Below, one piece after another: positions 39,495-50,505 of a stretch of 64,000 nucleotides of DNA. The translations under genes were made by a program, and so were the position numbers. The notes beneath the pieces are model-generated. The model worked only from the letters and a program-made list of their open reading frames with translations. It did no database searches and was not told where the DNA came from. Origin of the DNA: Utricularia gibba. Taxonomy: Eukaryota; Plantae; Magnoliophyta. The stretch spans positions 310,001 to 374,000 of the forward strand of contig NEEC01000008.1 of NCBI GenBank assembly GCA_002189035.1. The letters are read 5' to 3'. Position 1 is the stretch's first letter; each line of letters opens with the position of its first letter.

Positions 39495-41480
39495 GTAGGC
39501 ATGCATAATACTCCCATAAGGACTTGGAAAAACATAGTGATGCATCATCCCTATTAGTATGCGAATAGGGACTTGGAAAAACAGCATTATTTTCCTGAAA
39601 AATTAAGGGTTAGTTTTGATGTATAACCAAGTGTATACTAGAGTAGAATAGCAAAAATGACTTATTGGATTTTTCATTGACTTGTGAGGCGAATCATCAA
39701 TCAATAAGGTGCTGTGACGGTCATATCTTGTGTTTAATCCATTGTTGACAGCCCATACATGACTCAACTCCTTCATGTAGACCGTGTTGCTCGGTTTCTG
39801 TGAACACGTACACTCGTGTCCGTAGTCATCGTTTGATCCCACACAAAAATGAGTTTATCAAATAAAGAAGGTAGAAAGACCCATATAGTGATTGCTTGTA
39901 GCTGCTCCCTACAAAATAAATCAATTGCAAGAATTGGCACCATTCTAAATACCAACCAAAAAAAAAGCAACACACATACCCGCCACGGGATGATCATAAC
40001 GCTACATCAAAATTATCCAAACACCACCTAATAAAGTCATGGACATATGGATGTAGAAAGACTGCATAAATTACATCAAAAATCTCCTATGATATCTCAC
40101 AAATCTTGAATGCATATAACGCACAAAAATAAGTGTTGGTTTAGTACCTGATTGGCCATATATAATTTTATCTGGAGGGATTCGTGACCTTGACGGTCCA
40201 GCCCTATACACGATGTCTGTGAGCACAACATTGACATCCAAGATTATCAGCTTTCGTTGAGGCTCAGAGGCACTCAAAGAGGGTCCGGTATATGCCCAAC
40301 CGCTCTCATACCAATCCAACTTGTAGCGAAGCTCTTCATTCTTCTTTGTTATAAATTCAAATCTCTCATCCACATCATTGAGACCATGTGTGAGCTCGTC
40401 CCGTTCAACATCATTACTCTCTTGTGTCCTTTCATTCCTAGACAAGTCTTCATTCTTTTGGGATACTTTAGGATTCTTCAACACACCACACCACTAACGT
40501 TTTGTCACCGGTGCATCCACAAATGGTGGTAAAATGTCAATAAAACTCCTTTACATACTTGAGAAAAGGAGTATAAGATCTTTTACATTACTCTTGTGCA
40601 AGGTATCAAATCCTACAATAAAAAAAGATTTATTATCAATAGATTCAACAAAAATATTCAATAAAAATGTTAAATATGAGTAATTTCGACAAGTCTAAAG
40701 TTGACAGTAATAAAGTGAATACACATATTCAAAAAAGGTATTGAAAAAAATATTCAATAACACTAAACTTTATAAATATATACTCAATAAGAATGGATTA
40801 AAAAATATTCAATAAAAATATTCAATAATGATAGTTTGAATAAAAATAGATAGAAAAGTATCCAATAAGAATAGATTGAATAAAAATACATTGAAAAAAA
40901 ATATCTTTCAAAAATATTGAATAAGAATAGAATCAAAAATTAATTAACAAACAAATTTAATTAGATTCGATTAAATAAAAGTAGAGTCCGAAAAATATTC
41001 AATAAAAACTAGATTTAATAAGATCAACTTCACTAAAAATATTCAATAAAACTATTCAATAACAATAGATTTAATAAGAGTAGATTAAAAAAACGTTCAA
41101 TCATAATACATTCAATGAAGATATTCAATACAAATATTCAATAAAAATATTATATATTTTTATTCATATTTCTTATAGCAATATAATGAAAGATTTACCT
41201 TTTGCCTTGCCTACTTCACTTGAATTAGGATGCATTTGAGGAAATTTTGTTTCCATTGGAGGACGTATCCAAACAAAACTTGTCCACCATTCCTCAAATC
41301 CTCTTCTCACATACTTCACTAGCACCATTCATTTTTTCCCCTTTAGGGTGTAGTGGTTCTTGTTTGAAGTCCTAGAGCATACACTCATAGCAAAAAAATA
41401 CAAAGTTCCACCTCAAGAGATAACTCACAAATACTCTCAAAAGCCAACACATATGAGATAGATCTTGGAGTCAAATGAGA
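39495..41480 (-). pseudogene. Transposase_28-like/FCP1(NIF)-HAD fusion gene, copy 3 (N-terminus truncated, last exon internally deleted)
   Basis: SHLTPRSISYVLAF..ICEL, EELRYKLDWYESGW..PQRKLIILDVNVVLTDIVY, VYMKELSHVW..STLLIDDSPHKSMKNP, NAVFPSPY. Confidence 0.78.
40640..41110. repeat. AT-rich short tandem repeat (aaaatattcaataa-like) inside an intron of cassette copy 3; homologous tract at ~56970-57500 in copy 5
   Basis: Many copies of aatattcaataa/aatagattgaat. Confidence 0.75.
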
Positions 41481-41531
41481 TAATGGAATCTCTAAACATT
41501 CTAATATTTCTTCTAAAAAGGGCAACAATGG

Positions 41532-42838
41532 TGTTAAGTGTCATTCTCTTGTTATTATTTAGGTATTATTATGTATTAATTAAGTGCTAAGTCGCCCAAT
41601 TAGGAGTCTTATTATTAAGTATTTGATTTTTACTAGAAAATTCCTATTTTCCCATTTTGTGTATATTTTATGCATTTTTTCTCACACTTTGACCGAGGCA
41701 TGTCAGGAGACTGTCAGGAGTGTTGCAGGAGGATTGCAGGTGGTCAGACTCTGAGTTTTCGTGCCTTGTACGCGAGTTGGAATGATTGTGGGCGGAAGAC
41801 TGACATTGGTCAAGGCCCATGACTTACGGCATGTCAGAGTCTGCAGCAATTATTGGGCGCAAACTTACACGCAAAGAAAGTCTGTTGGCGCATGCAAGAC
41901 AGAAGGAATGGTGGGAAGGAGACCCAAAGGAGTTAATGCACGTGAGAAATCATATAAAAACCACTTGGAGCACTTAGTTTCGGTCTTTTGAACATTTTCC
42001 CTTGTACTTAGAACTTTTGAGTTCTTTCTCCCCTTAAGGAGGAAGAACACTTAGTTTCCTTTCGTTTCTGTTTTCCATGGCCCTTTCGGGCTAAAACCTT
42101 TAGTTTCTGGGAAGTAGATGAAGTTTCCTTCCAAGTCCTGAGCAATACACTCGGTTCTTCATTGAATTCCATTCGGATTCCGCATACTTCCACGCGTCTT
42201 GTTACAGTCTTTCTGTAACGACTCTTAGTCAAGGTCCATGAGTAGCAGGCCACTTCTCGCGGATTTTGGTGAAGATCAAGGTGAAGAGCACCAACTCCAA
42301 CCCTGCTGGTTCGAGGGAAGTAGCAGATTGTTTGTGGCCTAGGTACCGCGACAGTGGACAGGTTATGACGTCGGACCTACCACTGGCCATTGGCAACAGC
42401 TGGGCACACGCGCACAATTCGGTTTTGAAGGCAATCGAAGGCAATCCTCTTGTCTTCCTAATCGTCCAAGGGGGAATCACATGAGGCTATTCCCGTGCCT
42501 CATTGTCAATCAGAGTGTAAGGGAGAGTAGGCTATTCCTTGCTCCTATAACCAGCTATTCGGAAGAAATCAGTGAAAACCGAGGCAAGGACGGACAAAGG
42601 AAGGAGATGGAGTCTTATTCCCAAGAACTGCGTCCCGTAGTCAAGGCCCATTACTTAGGTTGTATCTTTCATTTCTGCATCTTAAAAACCCCCTTTTACA
42701 AAACCGTGACATTTTGTAGAAGTTGCTTGCAAACACTTTTCACGAAAAACAACTCCCTGAGATCGATACTCGTACTACGCTTTCTAGTGTTTTACGCTTT
42801 AAAATATTTAAAATTTTTTGAGGAAACGACACGCAACA
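41532..42838. mobile_element. Solo LTR (1307 bp; Athila/Tat-like Ty3 by appearance) with perfect 5-bp TSD AATGG
   Basis: TGTT...AACA termini; AATGG at 41527-41531 and 42839-42843; the flanks rejoin to match the uninterrupted paralogue at ~57860-57900. Confidence 0.9.
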
Positions 42839-43280
42839 AATGGTAAGAGCAAACTACAACGAAAATGCTCCGTGCTTAAGACAAATCCCATTGGACCCAC
42901 ACGGTTTGGAATTTCACTCTCAATCAATTCATTCGGTTCTTTGTCTCAAATCTCATATTCATCTCGTATCAAGAATCTAGTTCTCAATTTTTCAGAAGTG
43001 TAAATCTACAAAACACCCATAGGTATTGAATACAAGAAAATATTCAAATGCTTGTGCTGTTCATCGCGCATTTAGGAGCCGAATTCTGAATTTTCGAAGG
43101 CTGTTGGACAACAATTGGAGCTGAATCCATAAAACCCATGTGCTTTGTTGGAGACCTTTTAAAAGGTATGTGTGCGACTATCTAAGGAAAAATGGAATCG
43201 TGTGTATCTACGGCTGATAGTTATGTATGTAAGGTTTGAAAGTGATTTGTTTCGCTTGATTGTGTTTCAGGTAACCAAAT

Positions 43281-44295
43281 ATGGAAGAATCACATCAAAG
43301 TGTGACACCTTCACACGAGCAACATCTCGAGTGTGATATTGAGGTGTCGGTCAATAGGGAAGATGTCTCCTTCACCTCAAAAAAAACGAGATGCTTCATG
43401 CATCAATTGGCATGAACATTTCAATAACGACAAGGAGGCCAAAAAGGTATGTTGTAAGTATTGTGGAATCATGTATGACCATGGTACAGGTGGTTCAACT
43501 TCTAATTTTATTCGCCACATTAGAAATAAGCATATAGACAATGCATGTATTTCATTGAGACAACCTACTTTAAATTTTATGCATGGCCATGTTTCGAGCT
43601 TTTCATTTGATCTTGATGCTGCCCAAATTGATTATGTGCTTACATTGATTGCTAGTGAAAAGACTTTTGTATAAACAGAAAATCCATTTTTTAGATATTT
43701 TTATCAATCTAGATCGCAACCTAGATTTGCTCCCATGTCTAGGAGAAAAGTTGTTAAAATTGTATTAAAACAATTTGAAGAAAAAAAATCACATTTGATC
43801 TCTAATTTTCAATCTATGAAATGCAAATTGGGTTTAACTTGTGATGGTTGGCATAGTATCAATGGTAAGAATTATTTAGTTGTAACTGCTTATTGGATTG
43901 ATTGCAAATGGTTTATACAAAAGAAAATCCTTGGGTTTAGACCTTTGGATTCTCCACACACGGGGGCACAAATTGCTGAATTTGTTATTTCTATATGTAT
44001 TGAGTATTCAATTATTGATCTTGTATTTAATATAAATCTTGATAATGCCTCCCATAACACTACTATGACATCCATGTTGAAATCATCTATGAATCATATT
44101 TTAGGTGGGTGTTTCTTTAGGTCAAGATGCATTTGTCATATTTTGAATTTATGTGTACAAGATGTACTAAATGAAAATGATATTGAGGCTGCTTTGTCTA
44201 GTGTGCGTAGGATAGTTTATCATGTGAAGATGTTTAGTACAAAAAGGGCGCCTTTTAAGCATCTATGTGAGTTAAAAGGTCTAGAAGACATTAGC
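43281..44295 (+). pseudogene. hAT transposase (family B), BED zinc finger and N-terminal catalytic part, 3'-truncated
   Basis: VCCKYCG..STSNFIRHIRNKH (BED), LGLTCDGWHS..YLVVTAYWID..W..QKKIL.F..PHTG, LDNASHN, RCICHILNLCVQD. Confidence 0.88.
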
Positions 44296-44452
44296 TTCAA
44301 TGTTCTCCAAGCACCACAAACACACCATTGCGGTGCTTGGAAGACACTGGCTTCAATGTTCTCCAGGCACCGCAAACATGCCATTGCGGTGCCTGGACAT
44401 CAAGAGGCCTCAATGTTCTCCAGGCACCACAAATATCGTGTTGCAGTGCCTG
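44296..44452. repeat. Three 56-57-bp tandem units with CCAGGCACCGC-N12-GCGGTGCCTGG-type palindromes
   Basis: Left arms at 44311, 44367 and 44424, all with 12-nt spacers. Confidence 0.92.
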
Positions 44453-44638
44453 AACCAGATAGTCTCTCTCAATGATCATGAGCATTATAAATGTAATGAG
44501 ACGGAATTGCATTACGAATGTTCTGCAAAGCGAAATCAATGTTTCAATAAAAAATGCGGCACAAATATGGTCTTGAAATTTAGAAACAAGTTGCGGTTGA
44601 CGTCCCTTCTCTCAACAAATGCTATGTTTCATAGCATA

Positions 44639-46420
44639 TCAAGCAAGTGCCTTATAGTAATCCCATAATGGATGGTGAGAATCCAATGGAGCCTGTCCTA
44701 TACGATACTCATTCACGAAAGCTGACACACTGGAGGCCACCAGTGGTCCCTCCAAAAAGTCTTGTATTTCATCTCCTTTAGCCAAGGCAATGTACTCAAT
44801 ATTCTTATGGGTGTACGCCATAGGGAAGATGGTATTATCATGTTGTTGAAAATTTCAAGATACAAGAGTGTAACATATAATATTAAGAGAATTACAATCA
44901 CTTACTGGATTCCTAATTGACTTAAATGGCGAGTCATCAATAAGAAGTATGTTGTTACTATGATACTTTCCTTCAAATCCTGCATCTGGATGCCATAAGT
45001 TCTCAAACTCTTTTAGCATCACATTCTTCGCACGATTGTCATGAGTATGCACATCTGTTTCACTCGTTTTTGAGGCATCCCATACAAAAGCCAATCTATT
45101 GGCCTCTTAGAGCCAAAGACCTACTTCACTATCCCATCAAGTTTTGCCCTATAACAGAGTTTCAACATAAGTCATGTATATCAAACAACACAAATACGCA
45201 AAAAAGTTTATGATGTCAATATTATGTGCCCCGTGATGACTATATCCTCACGTCAAAGTGCTCCATACACCACTCAATGAACTGCCGGGCATGAGGTCGT
45301 AGGAAAACTATAAAAACCAAAAAACACAAAGCATTGCATTAGAGTCGTATAACGTACAAACACTGAATATATTACCTTCACCTTACCATATTTATCATAG
45401 ATGACTATGTCAGGCTTTCGTGGTGGTCTTTGAGACCGACCTCGAAACACAATATCGGCCAACACACCATTCACATCTAACACAATCAACTTTGTTGGAG
45501 GTTTCACATCAATAGTTGAGGGCCACCATTTATCCATCAACTCTCATACCACTTCAATTTTTCACGAAATGATCTGTTTTCTTCCAGTAGATGATTAACA
45601 TCTATTTACTGACTCTCTTGATGTACTCGAGTGTTGTTACTGGACTCTCCTACAACATCATCATCAACTTCTTCAACATGCACTTATGGACATTTACGAG
45701 ACACCCTAGTTTGACCACACCAAAAGTGAGTCCCTATGGCATTGACATATGGTGGCAATATATCATTCAAAGGTCTACTCTTGTTACCAAAAATATCAAA
45801 GAGCGCATCTACTCCTTCTCGGGGTATCCTCTCAAAACCCTACAATGAATGTATTAAGTGAGTAAAATAAATTTGGGATGAGTGTTTTACTTGTAATACG
45901 GAAAAAATGCTATACCCTTTGCCTTTCCAACATTGGATGAAGACTCAAGTCATGTGGGAAAATCTAATTCTTCCGAATGAGACACACACACAAAACTAGT
46001 TCACCAATCATTATACCCACTATGTACATTTGCTACCAATGTTATACCCGGCTTACCTTTCAGTGAGAAATTATTGGTTCTCCAATTCTTCTTACATATG
46101 CTAACTACGAAAAACACTGAAAGAGCAGGTACAAGGTGTTCTTTGGGACACACGCTCATGAATGATAAAATATATGCGACCAAACGAGGAATTAAATGAG
46201 ATAACAAAACTTCTAGGCAATTCAATAATTCAACTAAAAATGGCTCTGTGGGTAATGTTAGTCCACATCGAAAGTGTACTAACCGCAAACCCCAACGGTC
46301 CAACCCGTAATATAAGGTCACCATCAATGGTCTCCTCATCCTCCTTGTCCCATAGGAAGAAGCTGTCGAGTATTATGAACCGCAGCCTCAATTTATCCAA
46401 TGTGCGCATTGTCTCCGGAG
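44639..46420 (-). pseudogene. Transposase_28-like/FCP1(NIF)-HAD fusion gene, copy 4 (all exons present, frameshifts)
   Basis: DKLRLRF..LWDKEDEE..RVGP.GFA, HFRCGLTLPTEPFL..LSHLIP, KPPTKLIVLDVNGVLADIVF, AFVWDAS..LLIDDSPFKSIRNP, RIGQAPLDSHHPLWDYYKALA*. Confidence 0.8.
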
Positions 46421-46669
46421 TGTGTACTGCTACTTCAAAATCTCAAAAACCACCTCACAAAAATTTTCTCCAACTCTTTGCCAACTTGCACCTTTTACCT
46501 TTCCAGGCAATTATCACGATGATTTACACTCTACGAAAATGCATTTGTAGTATGTCGAGCGGCGGGTTGCAGTGTATGTTATCGTGGGTGAAAAGTGTGT
46601 TTTCATTAGGGTGGTGAGGCTTTCAATGAATATATCTAATATTATTAAATTCTAAAAAAAAAAAAACTA

Positions 46670-46807
46670 CCAACCCATGTCAACCCGTGACACGAGACAG
46701 GTCAGCCTGTCTAACCCGTCAACCCGTATTCGCCAAGTCAAACATCTCATTCTTTACCCCGCGGGTTCGATCCGTGACCCATCGAGTCGGACCTGTGCCC
46801 AACTCTA
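46670..46807. mobile_element. hAT-type right terminus (family B)
   Basis: Ends GTGCCCAACTCTA (reverse complement TAGAGTTGGGCAC), with AACCCG subterminal motifs distinct from the AACCG motifs of family A. Confidence 0.65.
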
Positions 46808-47380
46808 GTGTAATATATATTTTTTACATAAAATACTTAAATATAATGTGTTTAATTTTATTTGTATTTGTTTATTTTAAAAATATGAAAATATAATATA
46901 TACTTTGTATTATTAATTTTAAATAAAGTAAATTATGGCATATCATTCATGAATATTCCGTGATCAACTTCTGCTTACTTAGAACCAAATTCATATTTCA
47001 AAATCTATTATATGCATAATCTTCACCTAAAACGAAGGTCAAATTGAAAGTGCAAGGACCCGCAAGCCTTGATGAGAAGGCAGTAGTAGTATGTTGCCAT
47101 TGCTCACGGGAAGGGTATCAAGAGGATCAGTTCCACGGAGAGTCCCGTCGTGAGTTTTCCTTCCTTGGATCAAGAAGCGTAAAACGCAGTAGCTCTTCTA
47201 TACAGTCCTAAAATATAAATAAAATTAATTAAAAGAATTAATAAAGATACTATCTGATAAATGATTTTTAAACATATAATATTCAATTAATTAGTTTTTT
47301 TGTAGGGTAAAGTGGGTTAACCCATCTGAATTGACGCGACAATACCATTTCATTCATCAACAAACTTCCGGTGGTGGAAA

Positions 47381-49304
47381 ATGGAGTGCGCCGGAACAAG
47401 AAGCGGTAACCGGTGTGGCGTCCCGGCTTCGAGGCGGTGTCCCCGCTGCCGTGCGGTGGGATACTGTTCGCTCGCTCACCAGGTTCTATTAATCACTTGG
47501 AGTTTCCTTCGAGGACCATCGTTTTTGGCAGTTTGAAGTTATTCGCCTGCCTCGTCTGAATCTATTCTTTTCACCAAGGTGTCACACTGGAGTGTGCATA
47601 AAAGTGAGTGTAATCGGCTGATGGAGCAAATGAAGCGCGCAGATGTTTTGAATGATTTCCCATTCACATTCTCCGAAGAAGCTTCTTTGGTCAGGGATGC
47701 TGCAGATCGATCATTTTTGGGTGTTCAAATTTATAGCGTAATTTTGTATCGTCATCGCCTATTGCAGGAGACAAGATGCTCAATTTTAGAAAGTCAAGGA
47801 GTTCACCGTCTGGGAATGTGGGGTTGTGAATGCATTTGCGGATATTCCTCCATCTGTTTCGACACCGGACGGTAATCACATGTCCTGACGAAGCTTGCTC
47901 TTTGAGATTTTCATCTTTCAGAACTTGGGTTTTAAGGAGGTTCTGTTGGTATGCAGGCTGATTGATAGCTTTAGCCTTCCAAGCCACCTTTGTCCTTGTG
48001 AAGGTACACGCCATTGTGGCTTTGATTCAACAGCATCCTTTACGTGGTTTGGGTGGACATTTTCTAATTTGATCAACAGCTGAATGCAGAACCTTCTTGT
48101 TCGTTACTGGAGCTTGTGACTTGTTGGAAGAAGTACTATGAATGGAGGTGTCTCCCACTTTGTTCGCCTGCGGCTATACTTCTTCACTGGGTATACGGTC
48201 TTTGCCTTTCAAAAGAGCACGCGTTCCTTGTTCCATTTAGAGCAATTCTTACTTTCCGTTCCAGCCACTCACTGTATATTGGGCAATTCAACTTGCAACC
48301 CAGCAAGGTTTGTTGCCACAGATCAGAAATAAACTGCGGATACATTACCTTGGTACCTGCATGATTTTGAACTACAAGCTGCCCATTTATCAGCATTGCA
48401 GCTAAAGTCTTTTGTTTCTTGAAGGGGCAGAGAAAGAGCTTCTTCAGCTTGCTGTCTTTGGGGAGCTCCGAGCACTCTTCCCTGGGGTGCTGCTGCAGCT
48501 TGATGTTGTTGGACCTGCAATTCCAGATCACAGGTAGATGACCGCGGTTGCTCCTATAAAGCATCTCCAGTGTTGATATATGCATTTAATCCAGGAATCA
48601 TGAACAAATTTGGCTTCATTCCTACGCTCAATGCAATGACATATCTTGTGGCTGTAAATCTTCGGCTGAGGATTGTAGCCAAAGCACAACCAGTTCCAAA
48701 CCAGCCGCGATTAGAGTACGTCTTCACTCAGGTTATTATCATGACTGCTACGGAGAACTGATAAAGGTAGTCAGGCTTGGAGTCGCAATGAATCAATTCC
48801 CATATTTTCTGTCTCGACTGAGTTGTTTGAATGCAGGATTCAATGCCCGATATAATCGTATCTGCGAATGCGGGTGTTGCTGCCTACACAAGCTGGTTAC
48901 CATCTGTTGTGAGTTGATGGCTTGCTCTTCTTTCCCGTGTGCAGCATAACCAGTGAATGGATGCCACATGTGCTGTGCATTCTACTTCGGCCTGTGCTCA
49001 AGTAATTGATGCTCTTCCTTAAATGCATCGCAGGAACTGATCAAGAGAATCAACGTGCCCGCAGTATTTTCCGACTACTGCGAGGAGGCTTGTCATCTTG
49101 CGGCCCATTGCATGAGCTCCGTATTGGGAATTTCTCTGAACATCCAAGTACGTTATCCTCTCTTAAAAATTTAAGGCCTCTCTCCATCTGCATCGCCTTC
49201 TTGTGTTGCAGATACAGATGAATCCATTCAGACAGCCACTCCGCGTCGATGAAAAGGCTCTTAATCTCCCTTGCTATTCAAATGGCTTCATCTTTGGAAT
49301 ATGA
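47381..49304 (+). CDS. MYND zinc-finger protein (At1g70150/ZMYND15-MSS51-like), multi-exon; one apparent 1-nt frameshift
   Basis: [90 protein letters not shown]. Confidence 0.88.
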
Positions 49305-49899
49305 ATACGAGCTACCTGCGTAAATTTGAGAAATTTTTATCTGTCTGGGTGAGCGGACTCTCTCTTTCTCTCACTTCTAACTCATACGTCCAAGGTCTAT
49401 TTAAATGACCATCTCTCTTTTTGGAAATTTGAGAGATGACATCCTGTAAAACCTCTTTGAAAAATGATCATCTTGAAAATGATCAATTAAAAGAAAATCA
49501 ATATTCACCTAAATACACTGACATGTCAAAGGAAAAAAGATGGATTTTGAATACAAAATGAGACAAGATAAAGAGAGAAAAAAAGAGAGATCTTTCCATT
49601 GAAGAACAAGCCACACACTAGAATAGAGGAGATCTGAAGAAAAACCATGAAGAACAATAAAGAAGAAATTCTAGGAACGAAGCTCATGTCTGAAGATTCT
49701 ATTTTGTTTTCGAAAAATATTACTCTCAATTGAAAGTAGTCTATGATAGTTTTAGTTTTCTGTTAGTTTTTTTAAATTCTATGCTTGTTTGTTTTTTGTT
49801 ATCGAACTTTGATATGAGTCCTCTAGGTTCACTCCGCCAACCCCACCTCTTCGGGCTCATCATCTTACAGTCCTTTGGCTCTTATTCGTACGTTCCAAC

Positions 49900-50505
49900 T
49901 CATGATTCCTCTTACCTTTGTGTGGCTTCTTGCCCTCCTGTCAAATCGTGACCTTCTTCTTCCGTATCTTAGCATGGTGGCGCTCCTTCTCTGATTTCCA
50001 ACCTCCCAACCCATCACCATGCCAAACCCTTATATACTATCCTTGATTGTTGAGCTTCTGAGCCCTTTCCTCTTCCAACACTTTACCTTACGGGCTCAGT
50101 ATATGAAATCAGCCCTCTTACCCTTTTTAGGCCTTTGGGCCCTTCTCCAACATCTCATTGGGCCAATCCTTACCAAACATGTTTCATCCAACACTTGGGC
50201 TCGCGACCACACTTCGCCTAGCATCCAATGCGTCAATCACCATCCCTTGGGAACGCATGCTTGCTCGATCATACAGAGTCCCGTCAGCTCAAGCAGGTCT
50301 CTCCGGTGAGCACTCTTGGGGTTCGCCCAAGAGCCCGGTACACCTTTGTCAAGAGTTGCACACCGTGTTCGGATCCGATCGATTTCTTGCACACGAACAG
50401 TCAAGTAGAGGGGTTCCTCATAACTACTCCATGCTCGTCCCCTTAGCTTCTCTGTACGTTGTATCACCATCAAATTTACACACACTCCTTACTGGGGTTA
50501 TGACA
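49900..50505 (-). repeat. 3' LTR (part) of a Tekay/Del-like element; left boundary uncertain
   Basis: On the minus strand a poly-G PPT (50508-50523) is followed by TGTCATAACCCC at 50505. Confidence 0.55.

Larger units (their letters stand above)
38299..43050. mobile_element. hAT element family A, copy A1 (left arm; own right end not found)
   Basis: Starts TAGAGGTGGGTTCGGTTCCGAAC with dense AACCG/CGGTT subterminal motifs; colinear with 54670-58010 once the solo LTR is removed. Confidence 0.8.

Noticed and set aside
41760-42846. ORFs of 60-120 aa inside the solo LTR
   Set aside because: No gag/pol/env motifs; LTR sequence bounded by a TSD.
44296-44452. CRISPR-like or RAG RSS-like reading of the palindrome arrays (12-bp spacer)
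   Set aside because: Eukaryotic TE context, spacers are related to each other rather than unique, no cas genes, and no heptamer/nonamer asymmetry. Kept only as a spaced inverted motif.
47040-47190. Possible C/D-box snoRNA (TGATGA at about 47070)
   Set aside because: No CTGA D box or terminal stem at a suitable distance.
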